In this document: piece after piece, positions 18,824 through 26,923 of the stretch | How the letters are laid out: the number at the start of each line of letters is the position of its first letter | How positions within the stretch are numbered: the first letter of the stretch is position 1 | Translations under genes and position numbers: made by a program | NCBI GenBank assembly: GCA_001821395.1 | Contig: MHLM01000001.1 | Coordinates: 64,001-128,000, forward strand | Source of the DNA: Candidatus Lloydbacteria bacterium RIFCSPHIGHO2_02_FULL_50_18 | GTDB taxonomy: Bacteria > Patescibacteriota > Minisyncoccia > Phycocordibacterales > UBA6899 | Length of the DNA stretch: 64,000 nt | Reading direction: 5' to 3' | The notes under the pieces: generated by a model | Databases searched by the model: none | Seen by the model: only the letters and a program-made list of their open reading frames with translations | Told to the model about the DNA's origin: nothing

Positions 18824-18970
18824 GTTGAATTTCGAGAACTTCTCTTATGAAATTTTATAATATGGGAAGCATATGACTTAACGCTTTCGGTGTCAAGAAA
18901 ACCCATCTTTTTTGAGTTTCGATGTAATCCTTATTACGCAAATGTAAAAAGCAGTATGAAGGAGAAGGAG

Positions 18971-19189
18971 TCACTCTACTCCATGGTTCGACTGTTCAAT
19001 CACGCTTTCGGTGTCTGCCCCAGTAAAGACCTGTATTTTCCCGCATTTTCTACATTTTACCTCTACACGACTCGCTGCATCAGTAAGTATCCCCTTTCCA
19101 AGAAGCTTATTACAGACAGTACATTTCAAATCATTAAGACATTTATCATCCATGGAACCAAATTTATTGTTTTGAACAAAAAAACTCAC
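18971..19189 (-). CDS. Small zinc-ribbon protein (two CxxC pairs), Mu Com-like
   Basis: 'CLNDLKCTVCNKLLGK...VEVKCRKCGKIQVF' has the 4-Cys spacing and 'KLL' pattern reminiscent of the Com translational-regulator Zn finger. This is pattern-level resemblance only. Confidence 0.4.
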   Translation of the reverse strand: MSFFVQNNKFGSMDDKCLNDLKCTVCNKLLGKGILTDAASRVEVKCRKCGKIQVFTGADTESVIEQSNHGVE

Positions 19190-19235
19190 TCGCGTGAGCC
19201 TCTTGGGCTTCCTTGATATTTACCCGCCAATGGTT

Positions 19236-19463
19236 TTAGCAAATAGTTATCCACGATGTGCTTCGGCCGCACCCTTTGTTGACGCTTTGGTCTTCATAAG
19301 ACTCTCGATCTGAGAACTTATTTCTGAGTTCAGATAAATCGAGCTTTGTGCGGTACATACAATCTTCGATAAATCTTACCACTAATGATACGACCTTAGG
19401 GGCATACCTGTCAATCAATTCAATAGATGCACCCCTCAAACTTCCCACCTCGCGCCCAATCAT
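19236..19463 (-). CDS. Possible 75-aa small protein between the Com-like and Ada-like genes
   Basis: Fills an otherwise 288-bp gap on the same strand. No recognisable RBS or motif. Confidence 0.2.
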   Translation of the reverse strand: MIGREVGSLRGASIELIDRYAPKVVSLVVRFIEDCMYRTKLDLSELRNKFSDRESYEDQSVNKGCGRSTSWITIC

Positions 19464-19477
19464 TCGATAAAGCGGGG

Positions 19478-19927
19478 TCAGATCCCCTTGCAGCCGATCG
19501 AAGGTTTATAGCCCCTCGCCAGTGCATCGTCTTTTGATGAGAACCAGATCTTATTTTCTTCCTTGATCCGTTTAACCCCGGCGCACCAAGGGAGATAGTA
19601 GGTCTTTCCAGACCTTGAACCGACGTACATTCCGAAGCTATTTGACTCACCACCTCCCAGAGACAACGCACTATTCTGGGATAGCGAAAGAGGTTCCCTC
19701 GTAGATGAATTATCTACAGTGTCAAAATTTGCAATCGCCGCAGCTTTTCCTGTGGTATCAATGATCCGCAGGCCCTCTGCCTTCGTTGCGCCAATCATGG
19801 AAGAGCGGCCGATGGAAAAAGACCCGATCGCGACCAATATAAGCAGCAAGAACACAAAGGTGTCCTTTGTGAGATCGGGATAATGCTTGATTTTTTGAAT
19901 GGTTTCTGTTAGTCTCATGACACACAA
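19478..19927 (-). CDS. Membrane-anchored protein with C-terminal Ada-like metal-binding (Zn) domain
   Basis: N-terminal TM 'FVFLLLILVAIGSF'. C-terminal 'YYLPWCAGVKRIKEENKIWFSSKDDALARGYKPSIGCKG' matches the Ada N-terminal Zn-domain pattern (F/Y-x-x-x-C...I...N..F.S...A...GYxPC). Confidence 0.5.
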   Translation of the reverse strand: MCVMRLTETIQKIKHYPDLTKDTFVFLLLILVAIGSFSIGRSSMIGATKAEGLRIIDTTGKAAAIANFDTVDNSSTREPLSLSQNSALSLGGGESNSFGMYVGSRSGKTYYLPWCAGVKRIKEENKIWFSSKDDALARGYKPSIGCKGI

Positions 19928-19957
19928 TTAATCAGATATTAGGCAGAAGACCTCACT

Positions 19958-20230
19958 ATGTCAACCAAAAAATCAGGCGGTTCAAGTAAAAATCTCCGCG
20001 ACTCAAACCCGAAGTACCTCGGCATGAAGCTTCACGATGGGCAGGTCGCTGCGGTGGGAAATATTCTCGTTCGTCAGCGCGGTACGCGCGTGGTTCCGGG
20101 AAAGAATGTGAAGGTTGGCAAAGATCACACACTCTACTCAATGGTAGGAGGAAAGGTAACCTACAAAACGGTTCGAAAGACTCGCTTTGACGGCAAGATA
20201 TTGTCAAAGAAGATGGTTTCCGTTAATTAG
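19958..20230 (+). CDS. rpmA: 50S ribosomal protein L27
   Basis: '[23 protein letters not shown]...[35 protein letters not shown]' is the near-universal L27 sequence. Confidence 0.9.
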   Translation: MSTKKSGGSSKNLRDSNPKYLGMKLHDGQVAAVGNILVRQRGTRVVPGKNVKVGKDHTLYSMVGGKVTYKTVRKTRFDGKILSKKMVSVN

Positions 20231-20244
20231 CAAACAGCAGAACA

Positions 20245-20272
20245 AAAAACCTCGCAAATGCGAGGTTTTTTG
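20245..20272. terminator. Bidirectional terminator between rpmA (+) and rplI (-)
   Basis: 'aaaaaa-cctcgca-aa-tgcgagg-ttttttg' perfect 7-bp GC stem with flanking A/T runs. Confidence 0.7.
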
Positions 20273-20299
20273 TTGCACGATGTTCTTTTTTATTCTGCC

Positions 20300-20758
20300 T
20301 TATTCTGCTTCTGCTGTTAGCGCTTCGATCTTAAGAGCAAATTCAGCCTTCTTAGCCCCAACGATAACGACGATTGTATGCTCTCCGACATCCTTGATCG
20401 GCTTCTCAAGCTCAATATTATCCGCTGTATATGCAACGTTCACGAGCTTACCGAGCTCAAATGCAAGCTCTTCTTTGGTAACCCCGGCATAAAGGTGTCC
20501 TTCCTCATTCGCATTGCGAGCAAGTGTCATCACGACGCCCTTCAATGATGCAAGCGACTTATCAAGATGGTCATCCTGCTTCTTCTTCTCAACTTCACGC
20601 TTCTTGGTGAGCTCGGCAACGCGCTTACCGTTCGTACGAGTCACCGCCTCTGCGAGTCCACGCGCCAAAAGAAAGTTGCGTGCGTATCCCGGCGCAACTT
20701 CAACGATCGCGTACTTTTTACCGACCTTAGGCACATCCGACAATAAGATAACTTTCAT
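20300..20758 (-). CDS. rplI: 50S ribosomal protein L9
   Basis: 'MKVILLSDVPKVGKKYAIVEVAPGYARNFLLARGLAEAVT' matches the L9 N-domain. Length 152 aa. Confidence 0.85.
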   Translation of the reverse strand: MKVILLSDVPKVGKKYAIVEVAPGYARNFLLARGLAEAVTRTNGKRVAELTKKREVEKKKQDDHLDKSLASLKGVVMTLARNANEEGHLYAGVTKEELAFELGKLVNVAYTADNIELEKPIKDVGEHTIVVIVGAKKAEFALKIEALTAEAE

Positions 20759-20879
20759 ATAAATACGTATTTAGTTCGTATAAGACATCCTCGCGAACGA
20801 AGGGTTCACGACAGGTTAAAAGATGTGATGCTGATTATACGTTTCTTTCACTCAATTGCAAGCATTCACTCACGCCTGC

Positions 20880-22271
20880 TTACTTCGTGGTATTTCCTCG
20901 CACAATCTCGATCGCCTTATCTAATTGAGGGTCTTCGCCTTTTTCCGCCTGCTCTTTTGTGAACTCCACCTTCACGTCGGGATCGATCCCCCCCGCAGAG
21001 AGATTAGTCCCGTCTGGAGTGACCCAGCGAGCGATCGTTATCTTGAGTGATGTTTCGGGAGTGATGGGAATAAGCTCTTGAACCGACCCCTTTCCAAATG
21101 AGGTTGTGCCCACCAGCGTCGCAACGCCCTGCTGAGAGAGTGCACCGGCAAGAATTTCAGCGGCTGATGCGGAACCTCCGTCGATCAAGATGACAAAATG
21201 GAATTTATCTCCGAATACATTGTACCCCCTACTGCGATAGACCTGTCCCGCTCCGCCCTTTTCTTCCTCACGCACAACGACCTTTCCTTCAGGAAGGAAC
21301 CAGCTTGCCATATCAACCGCAACCTCAAGATAGCCCCCCGGATTTCCGCGGAGGTCGAGTACGAGTTTGTCCGCACCGGAATCAGCGAATTCTTTCAGTG
21401 CTTTCCTGAACAGATCGGCACCGGTAGCAGGAAAACTGTAGAGACGAATGATGAAGACATCGCCGCGCTTCTCGGTATCGATAGTAGGAACCTGAATGAC
21501 CTGTCGCACGATGCTGATCTCAATCGGGTCCTCCACGCCCGATCGCAAGAGTGTAAGCGAAACGGCTTTGCCTATTTCACCGCGAATGAGGTATAGCGCC
21601 TTGTCTATGGTCATCTCCGTTGTCGTTGCAGTGTCGATGCGATAGACCTTATCACCCTTTAATACCCCCGCGGCTTCAGCCGGTGAACCTTTCAGCGGCG
21701 CGATCACGGTGACAAGACCGTCTTTCATACCTATTTGCATACCCACTCCGCCAAAGGAACCCGAGACGTCCTGCTCAAAGAGTGTTTTTTCTTGCGGAGG
21801 TAAAAAGTATGTATACGGGTCACCGAGTGAATTTGCCAAGCCGGCGATTGCTCCCCATACTTTATCCTGATTTGATACCGCCGCATGCTTTGTTGGAACA
21901 TATTTCTCGTTGATCACATTCCACACTTTCCAAAATTGCGAGAAATCCGCGGGGAGATCACTTTTGGTCGATATTTCAGTCCGATCAATGAGACATGGGA
22001 CCTCGGCACCCTTTGCATCAATGCACATTTTGACCTCCGCCAATGCAGGAGAATTTGATGCATCAGCCGGCAAGGGTTCCGCCACATTGATGACCCCTGC
22101 GACGAGCCCGTCAAATGATGATGCCGTCTTGTGAGTCCCAAGCATATACCCCCCCGCAAAAAGTAATGTTCCCAGAATTACCGAAATTCCAATGCGCGCA
22201 TAACGATGAGTAGGTTGTAACATGGCTGTCATTATCCCAGAGACGACGCTCGTGGTCAAACACGTCCTCAC
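20880..22271 (-). CDS. Carboxyl-terminal processing protease (peptidase S41, Ctp/Prc-like) with PDZ domain
   Basis: PDZ 'GMQIGMKDGLVTVIAPLKGSPAEAAGVLKGDKV'. S41 core 'LVLDLRGNPGGYLEVAVDM', 'ILIDGGSASAAEILAGAL', 'GTTSFGKGSVQ'. N-terminal TM anchor. Confidence 0.85.
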   Translation of the reverse strand: MRTCLTTSVVSGIMTAMLQPTHRYARIGISVILGTLLFAGGYMLGTHKTASSFDGLVAGVINVAEPLPADASNSPALAEVKMCIDAKGAEVPCLIDRTEISTKSDLPADFSQFWKVWNVINEKYVPTKHAAVSNQDKVWGAIAGLANSLGDPYTYFLPPQEKTLFEQDVSGSFGGVGMQIGMKDGLVTVIAPLKGSPAEAAGVLKGDKVYRIDTATTTEMTIDKALYLIRGEIGKAVSLTLLRSGVEDPIEISIVRQVIQVPTIDTEKRGDVFIIRLYSFPATGADLFRKALKEFADSGADKLVLDLRGNPGGYLEVAVDMASWFLPEGKVVVREEEKGGAGQVYRSRGYNVFGDKFHFVILIDGGSASAAEILAGALSQQGVATLVGTTSFGKGSVQELIPITPETSLKITIARWVTPDGTNLSAGGIDPDVKVEFTKEQAEKGEDPQLDKAIEIVRGNTTK

Positions 22272-22325
22272 CTATTGAACATCACACACTTGGTCAAAAA
22301 AAGTGTGTCACGTATAATGAAACGC

Positions 22326-23237
22326 ATGATATCGAGATACAAATACCACACGCTCACATGGATCGACATGGAGTCGCCGACCAATGAAGAAGTTCGCGAG
22401 ATAATGGAAGAGTTTGATATTCACCCCATTGCCGCCGACGAACTGCTCGGGCCTTCACTTCGACCCAAAGTCGATCACTATGCGAATTTTATTTACCTCA
22501 TCCTCCACTTCCCTGCGATCCGCCACTCTCATCAGACAAAGTCTCAGGAAGTCGACTTCATCATTGGGAAGAAGTTCCTCATCACCGTACGGTATGAGCT
22601 GCTCGACCCACTGCATAAATTCTCCAAAGTATTTGAAGTAAATTCAATTCTCGACAAAAGCGACATCGGAGACCATGCCGGATACTTATTCTTTTATATG
22701 ATCCGCAAGATCTATGCGTCGCTCGGTCACGAACTTTCAATCATTGGTGACACACTGAAGTCGGTTGAGGATAGGATCTTTCATGGGGAAGAACGGGAAA
22801 TGGTCGCCGAGCTTTCGGTCATCCATCGCGATCTTCTTGAATTTCATCGCGCACTGCGTATGCATCGCGGGGTACTCCAGTCCCTTTCCGTCGCTTCTGA
22901 AGAATTCTTTGGCAAAGAGTTCGTTCATTACACCGAGAACATCATTGGTGAATTTTTGAAAGTGGAAGAAATGTTGCAAGACCAGAAAGAAGTGCTCAAT
23001 GACCTCAGGGCGACCAACGATTCTCTGCTCACAACAAAAACCAACGAGATCATGAAATTGCTTACTGCGACGACATTCTTGATGCTCCCTGCAAACTTGA
23101 TCGGAGCGCTCTTTGGAATGAACACCCACGATACCCCGATCATAGGGCGGGATTACGATTTCTGGATCGTCGCAGGAATCATGTTTGCCGTTGCTTTCAC
23201 AACGTTCATTTTCTTCAAATTTAAAAAGTGGATCTGA
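22326..23237 (+). CDS. corA: CorA-family Mg2+/Co2+ transporter
   Basis: C-terminal two TM helices with 'GALFGMN' signature. Track ORF starts at 22275. Internal Met at 22326 or 22318 more likely (a TATAAT immediately upstream). Confidence 0.8.
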   Translation: MISRYKYHTLTWIDMESPTNEEVREIMEEFDIHPIAADELLGPSLRPKVDHYANFIYLILHFPAIRHSHQTKSQEVDFIIGKKFLITVRYELLDPLHKFSKVFEVNSILDKSDIGDHAGYLFFYMIRKIYASLGHELSIIGDTLKSVEDRIFHGEEREMVAELSVIHRDLLEFHRALRMHRGVLQSLSVASEEFFGKEFVHYTENIIGEFLKVEEMLQDQKEVLNDLRATNDSLLTTKTNEIMKLLTATTFLMLPANLIGALFGMNTHDTPIIGRDYDFWIVAGIMFAVAFTTFIFFKFKKWI

Positions 23238-24640
23238 TCATGGGACTGCATCTTTACAATACCGCCACGCGAACACTTGAGGAGTTCTCTCCGCTGCATC
23301 CTCCGCAGGTTACCATGTATAATTGCGGCCCCACGGTCTACAATTATCAGCACATAGGCAATATGCGCTCATTTGTATTTGCGGACATTCTCAGGCGTAC
23401 GCTCGAATGGAATACGTACCAAGTGATGCAGATTGTGAACATCACCGATGTCGGACATTTGGTTTCCGATGGTGATGAAGGCGAGGACAAGATGACCATT
23501 GGTGCACGACGTGATAATAAAAGTGTCGAAGAAATCATCACGAAATACTCTGACGCGTTCCTCGCTGACCTTGAAGTACTCAATATAAAAAGGGCTGCAA
23601 GTTATCCTCGTGCGACAAAATATATTGACGAGCAAAAACAACTTATAACGATGCTTGCCAAAAAAGAATATACCTACGTCACCACAGACGGCATTTATTT
23701 TGACACAAGCAAATTCCCTCGCTATCCCGACTTTGCAAAACTTGATGTAAAAGGACTGGAAGCGGGCACGCGCGTCTCTCTTGGCGAGAAAAAAAATATC
23801 ACTGACTTCGCACTTTGGAAATTCTCTCCGAAAGACGGAGCGCAACGTGAGCAAGAATGGGATTCCCCTCTTGGTTATGAGCAAAGGGGTTTCCCGGGGT
23901 GGCATCTCGAATGCTCGGCAATCGCAATGAAATTTCTTGGTAATACACTTGATATTCACACCGGTGGCGTTGACCATATTCCTGTACATCATACGAATGA
24001 GATCGCACAAAGCGAGAGCGCGACGGGAGAAACCTTCGCACGATACTGGCTTCACAATGCGCACGTCCTTATTGATGGAGAAAAAATGTCAAAATCGCTC
24101 GGAAACACATATCGACTTGTTGACCTACATGAGCGTGGTATTCCACCGCTAGCCTACCGTTATTGGCTGCTCACTGCGCACTATCGTACGCAGGTCAATT
24201 TCACTTGGGAGGCACTTGCGGGCGCACAATCCGCATACAATAGACTGACAAATTACGTACTCAGTCTCAACATAAGCTTGGAGGGAATTCCAATCACCGC
24301 GTATATCAATAAATTTACCACTTTCATCAACGACGACCTCAACACCGCGGGCGCGATTGCCCTCATCTGGAAACTCACCAAAGACACGAGTGCATCCGAT
24401 GCGGACAAACTCGCGACGATCTTGAAGATCGACGAAGTACTTGGTCTCGGCCTTTCAGTGATTCAAACACATGCGGAACAAGAAAAGATCCCTAAAGCCG
24501 TCACGGAACTTCTCAGCAAACGCAAAATAGTGAGAGAGCAAAAAAACTTTGCTGAATCCGACCGCCTCCGTGATGAAATAAAAAAACATGGCTACGAAGT
24601 CAAAGACACTTCGGATGGACAAAAACTCGAACAAATTTAA
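23228..24640 (+). CDS. cysS: Cysteinyl-tRNA synthetase
   Basis: 'MYNCGPTVYNYQHIGNMRSFVFADILRR' (HIGH region) and 'KMSKSLGN'. Overlaps corA stop by 10 nt. Confidence 0.85.
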   Translation: MDLIMGLHLYNTATRTLEEFSPLHPPQVTMYNCGPTVYNYQHIGNMRSFVFADILRRTLEWNTYQVMQIVNITDVGHLVSDGDEGEDKMTIGARRDNKSVEEIITKYSDAFLADLEVLNIKRAASYPRATKYIDEQKQLITMLAKKEYTYVTTDGIYFDTSKFPRYPDFAKLDVKGLEAGTRVSLGEKKNITDFALWKFSPKDGAQREQEWDSPLGYEQRGFPGWHLECSAIAMKFLGNTLDIHTGGVDHIPVHHTNEIAQSESATGETFARYWLHNAHVLIDGEKMSKSLGNTYRLVDLHERGIPPLAYRYWLLTAHYRTQVNFTWEALAGAQSAYNRLTNYVLSLNISLEGIPITAYINKFTTFINDDLNTAGAIALIWKLTKDTSASDADKLATILKIDEVLGLGLSVIQTHAEQEKIPKAVTELLSKRKIVREQKNFAESDRLRDEIKKHGYEVKDTSDGQKLEQI

Positions 24641-24729
24641 TGCGATGGTATTTCCTCTCAAGCGAGGGTTTTCTCAGTCTAAAAAAGCCCAGCGAGATCT
24701 GCCCGCCAACCTGAGAGTGAGGTATTGCT

Positions 24730-24811
24730 TTTTGAGGGGCTACGGAGCTCGACGGAGCGGAGTCTGAGCAAAAATTCAGCAGAATTTTATGCGTGCCCTC
24801 AAAAAGCAATG
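24730..24811. promoter_or_regulatory. Long inverted repeat (15-17-bp arms, ~46-bp spacer) upstream of the marR-efflux operon
   Basis: Left arm 'gtattgctttttgagggg' (24730-24747), right arm 'gccctcaaaaagcaatgc' (24794-24811). 15 contiguous perfectly complementary positions. Confidence 0.5.
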
Positions 24812-24822
24812 CCGAACGGATG

Positions 24823-24852
24823 CTTGACATCACAACACTTGTCATGCTAAGT
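24823..24852 (+). promoter_or_regulatory. Sigma70-like promoter for marR operon (TTGACA-N18-TAAGTT)
   Basis: Consensus -35 'ttgaca' at 24823-24828. -10-like 'taagtt' at 24847-24852. 10 nt upstream of the marR ATG region. Confidence 0.35.
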
Positions 24853-24862
24853 TTCCACCAAT

Positions 24863-25315
24863 ATGAAAACAACATGCCCCGACTTGGACTGGTCGAAGAG
24901 CTTCATGTATTCAATTCACCGGACCTATTTTTTGATCGAAAAACGTCTTGAGCATAAATTGCACGAATCAAAAGGTATCTCATTTTCACAATTCCTCATT
25001 CTCCTGGCACTACACTGCAATGAACGGACCTCACAAAGTGCCATTGCGGATTTTCTCCACATTACGGAAGCAACCGTCTCACGCCACATTGCGCAACTCG
25101 AAAAAGCAAAATACCTGACACACAAAGAAGACCCGATCAACCGCCGAAAACATATTCTTACAATGACTGCACTCGGTACTCGTGCCTTCACAAATGCACA
25201 TACGATCATCGAACGAGAGCTGAAAGACGTCTTTGAAGTCATCCCCGTCGCAGATCGATCACTCATCACAAAAGCATTTGATGGTGTCATCGCCAAATTA
25301 CACGATCGTTCCTGA
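24863..25315 (+). CDS. MarR-family transcriptional regulator
   Basis: 'FSQFLILLALHCNERTSQSAIADFLHITEATVSRHIAQLEKAKYLTHKEDPINRRKHILTMTALG' is a winged-HTH MarR pattern. Confidence 0.8.
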   Translation: MKTTCPDLDWSKSFMYSIHRTYFLIEKRLEHKLHESKGISFSQFLILLALHCNERTSQSAIADFLHITEATVSRHIAQLEKAKYLTHKEDPINRRKHILTMTALGTRAFTNAHTIIERELKDVFEVIPVADRSLITKAFDGVIAKLHDRS

Positions 25316-25324
25316 TCTATTCAT

Positions 25325-26920
25325 ATGAAAATTCTCATCCAGACAATCGGAAAGCACATAAAGAAATACGCGGAAGGATTTTGGGCGTTATCGAAGACCA
25401 TGCGTACGATCATTCTTGTCGTAATCGTTCTTGCGTGCGCGTTCTCCATTCGATTCCTCGGGCAAAAAGAAGTCGTGAATGATACCGCCTTTCTCGGTCG
25501 TACGGTTTCCGTTGCACGCGTTCTAGACCTTTCGGTAAACGCCATCCCCCTTCCCCTTCTTGGTACGGTCACCTCACGAAGCGAGGCGACGATCCGTGCC
25601 GAAATCGGAGGAAAGATCATCGCGGTATACCAAAAACTTGGCGACTATGTAGGGGCTGGAACGGTCATCGCTGAATTCGAGAATGCCGGAGAGCGCGCTT
25701 CTGTGCTTCAGGCAGAAGGAGCATATGAGGCTGCGAATGCGGGGAAAGCCATCGCCGAGATCAGCAGAGGATCGTCAGACAACTCTCTCGATGAAGCAAA
25801 GACCCAAGCGCAGAACGTCATTGCTTCGACCTATACAGTGCTTGATGACGCGATACGCACAAAAACGGATACCGCATGGAAGAATCCACAAACCCGCGAA
25901 GCAAAACTGCCCGTTACTATTCCGGATGCAAAACTTGTCATCGAGATTGAAAATGAACGAATCACTATTGAAACGATGTTGCGTACTCGGGATGAAAAAA
26001 ATAAACTCCTCACCTCAAACAGTGACCTCATCAAAGAACTCGATCTTGTAGAAGCGGAAGCAAATATCGTCAAAGATTACCTTGATGATCTTTCGTTCGC
26101 CTTCAATCATGCGCTTCCCGACGGAAACGCATCACAGGCGGCGATCGACGGATTTAAGGCGGTCACCGGCGGTGCGCGCACAAGCGTCAATGGAGCACTG
26201 TCAACGATTGCAAACACAAGAAACACACTGAACGGAAGCCTTGCGGCAAGCAGGATCGCGGAACAAAATTCTTCAACAAGCGGTGTGGACTCCGGTAGCT
26301 CGTCAGATGCGCAGGTCAAATCGGCGCTTGGAAATCTTCGTGCCGCACAGGCACGTCTGGAGAAAACGATCATTCGCAGCCCCATCAGCGGAACGATCAA
26401 CTCGATTTCGATCAATACAGGAGATTTCATCTCACCGTACACCGAGGTTGCCGTAGTCTCAAATAACGGTGCATTAGAGGTGGTGGCGTACGTCACCGAG
26501 GATGACGCGAGAGAACTCGTTATCGGCGGAAGTACCACGATAGAAGGTGGCGGAATGGGAACGATCACACGTATCGCCCCCGCGCTCGATCCAAACACAA
26601 AAAAGATCGAAGTACGTATCGGGATAACCAGGGGTATCGAGACACTTATGAACGGTGCTTCCGTTCGCCTCGAGGCAAAGCGCACAACCAAGAAAATCGT
26701 GGGCACTGATCTCAAAATACCTCTTGCTGCGCTCAAAATCACCCCGGAGGGCGCCATTGTATTCTCAGTATCCGCATCAAGCTCGCTCGTAGCACACGAG
26801 GTCTCGATGGGGACGCTTATGGGAGACCAGGTCGTCATTCCCGTCGGACTGACGCCTGACATGGTCATTGTCACTGATGCCAGAGGACTTCAGGGTGGCA
26901 TGCCGGTATCGCTTAAATAA
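25325..26920 (+). CDS. Efflux RND periplasmic adaptor (HlyD/membrane-fusion family)
   Basis: N-terminal TM, long coiled-coil hairpin, 'IIRSPISGTINSISINTGDFISP' lipoyl/beta-barrel motif typical of MFPs. Immediately upstream of an RND pump. Confidence 0.75.
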   Translation: MKILIQTIGKHIKKYAEGFWALSKTMRTIILVVIVLACAFSIRFLGQKEVVNDTAFLGRTVSVARVLDLSVNAIPLPLLGTVTSRSEATIRAEIGGKIIAVYQKLGDYVGAGTVIAEFENAGERASVLQAEGAYEAANAGKAIAEISRGSSDNSLDEAKTQAQNVIASTYTVLDDAIRTKTDTAWKNPQTREAKLPVTIPDAKLVIEIENERITIETMLRTRDEKNKLLTSNSDLIKELDLVEAEANIVKDYLDDLSFAFNHALPDGNASQAAIDGFKAVTGGARTSVNGALSTIANTRNTLNGSLAASRIAEQNSSTSGVDSGSSSDAQVKSALGNLRAAQARLEKTIIRSPISGTINSISINTGDFISPYTEVAVVSNNGALEVVAYVTEDDARELVIGGSTTIEGGGMGTITRIAPALDPNTKKIEVRIGITRGIETLMNGASVRLEAKRTTKKIVGTDLKIPLAALKITPEGAIVFSVSASSSLVAHEVSMGTLMGDQVVIPVGLTPDMVIVTDARGLQGGMPVSLK

Positions 26921-26923
26921 CAT

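Noticed and set aside
19241-19256. DnaA-box-like 'ttatccacg' as an origin marker
   Set aside because: Single imperfect 9-mer, 13 kb from dnaB, no clustered boxes or AT-rich unwinding element. Insufficient for an oriC call.
23369-24064. 231-aa minus-strand ORF
   Set aside because: Entirely inside cysS on the opposite strand. cysS carries unmistakable class I synthetase motifs.
26107-26874. 255-aa minus-strand ORF
   Set aside because: Antisense within the membrane-fusion-protein gene. Low-complexity Ser/Thr/Pro-rich translation typical of a shadow frame of a GC-rich coding region.
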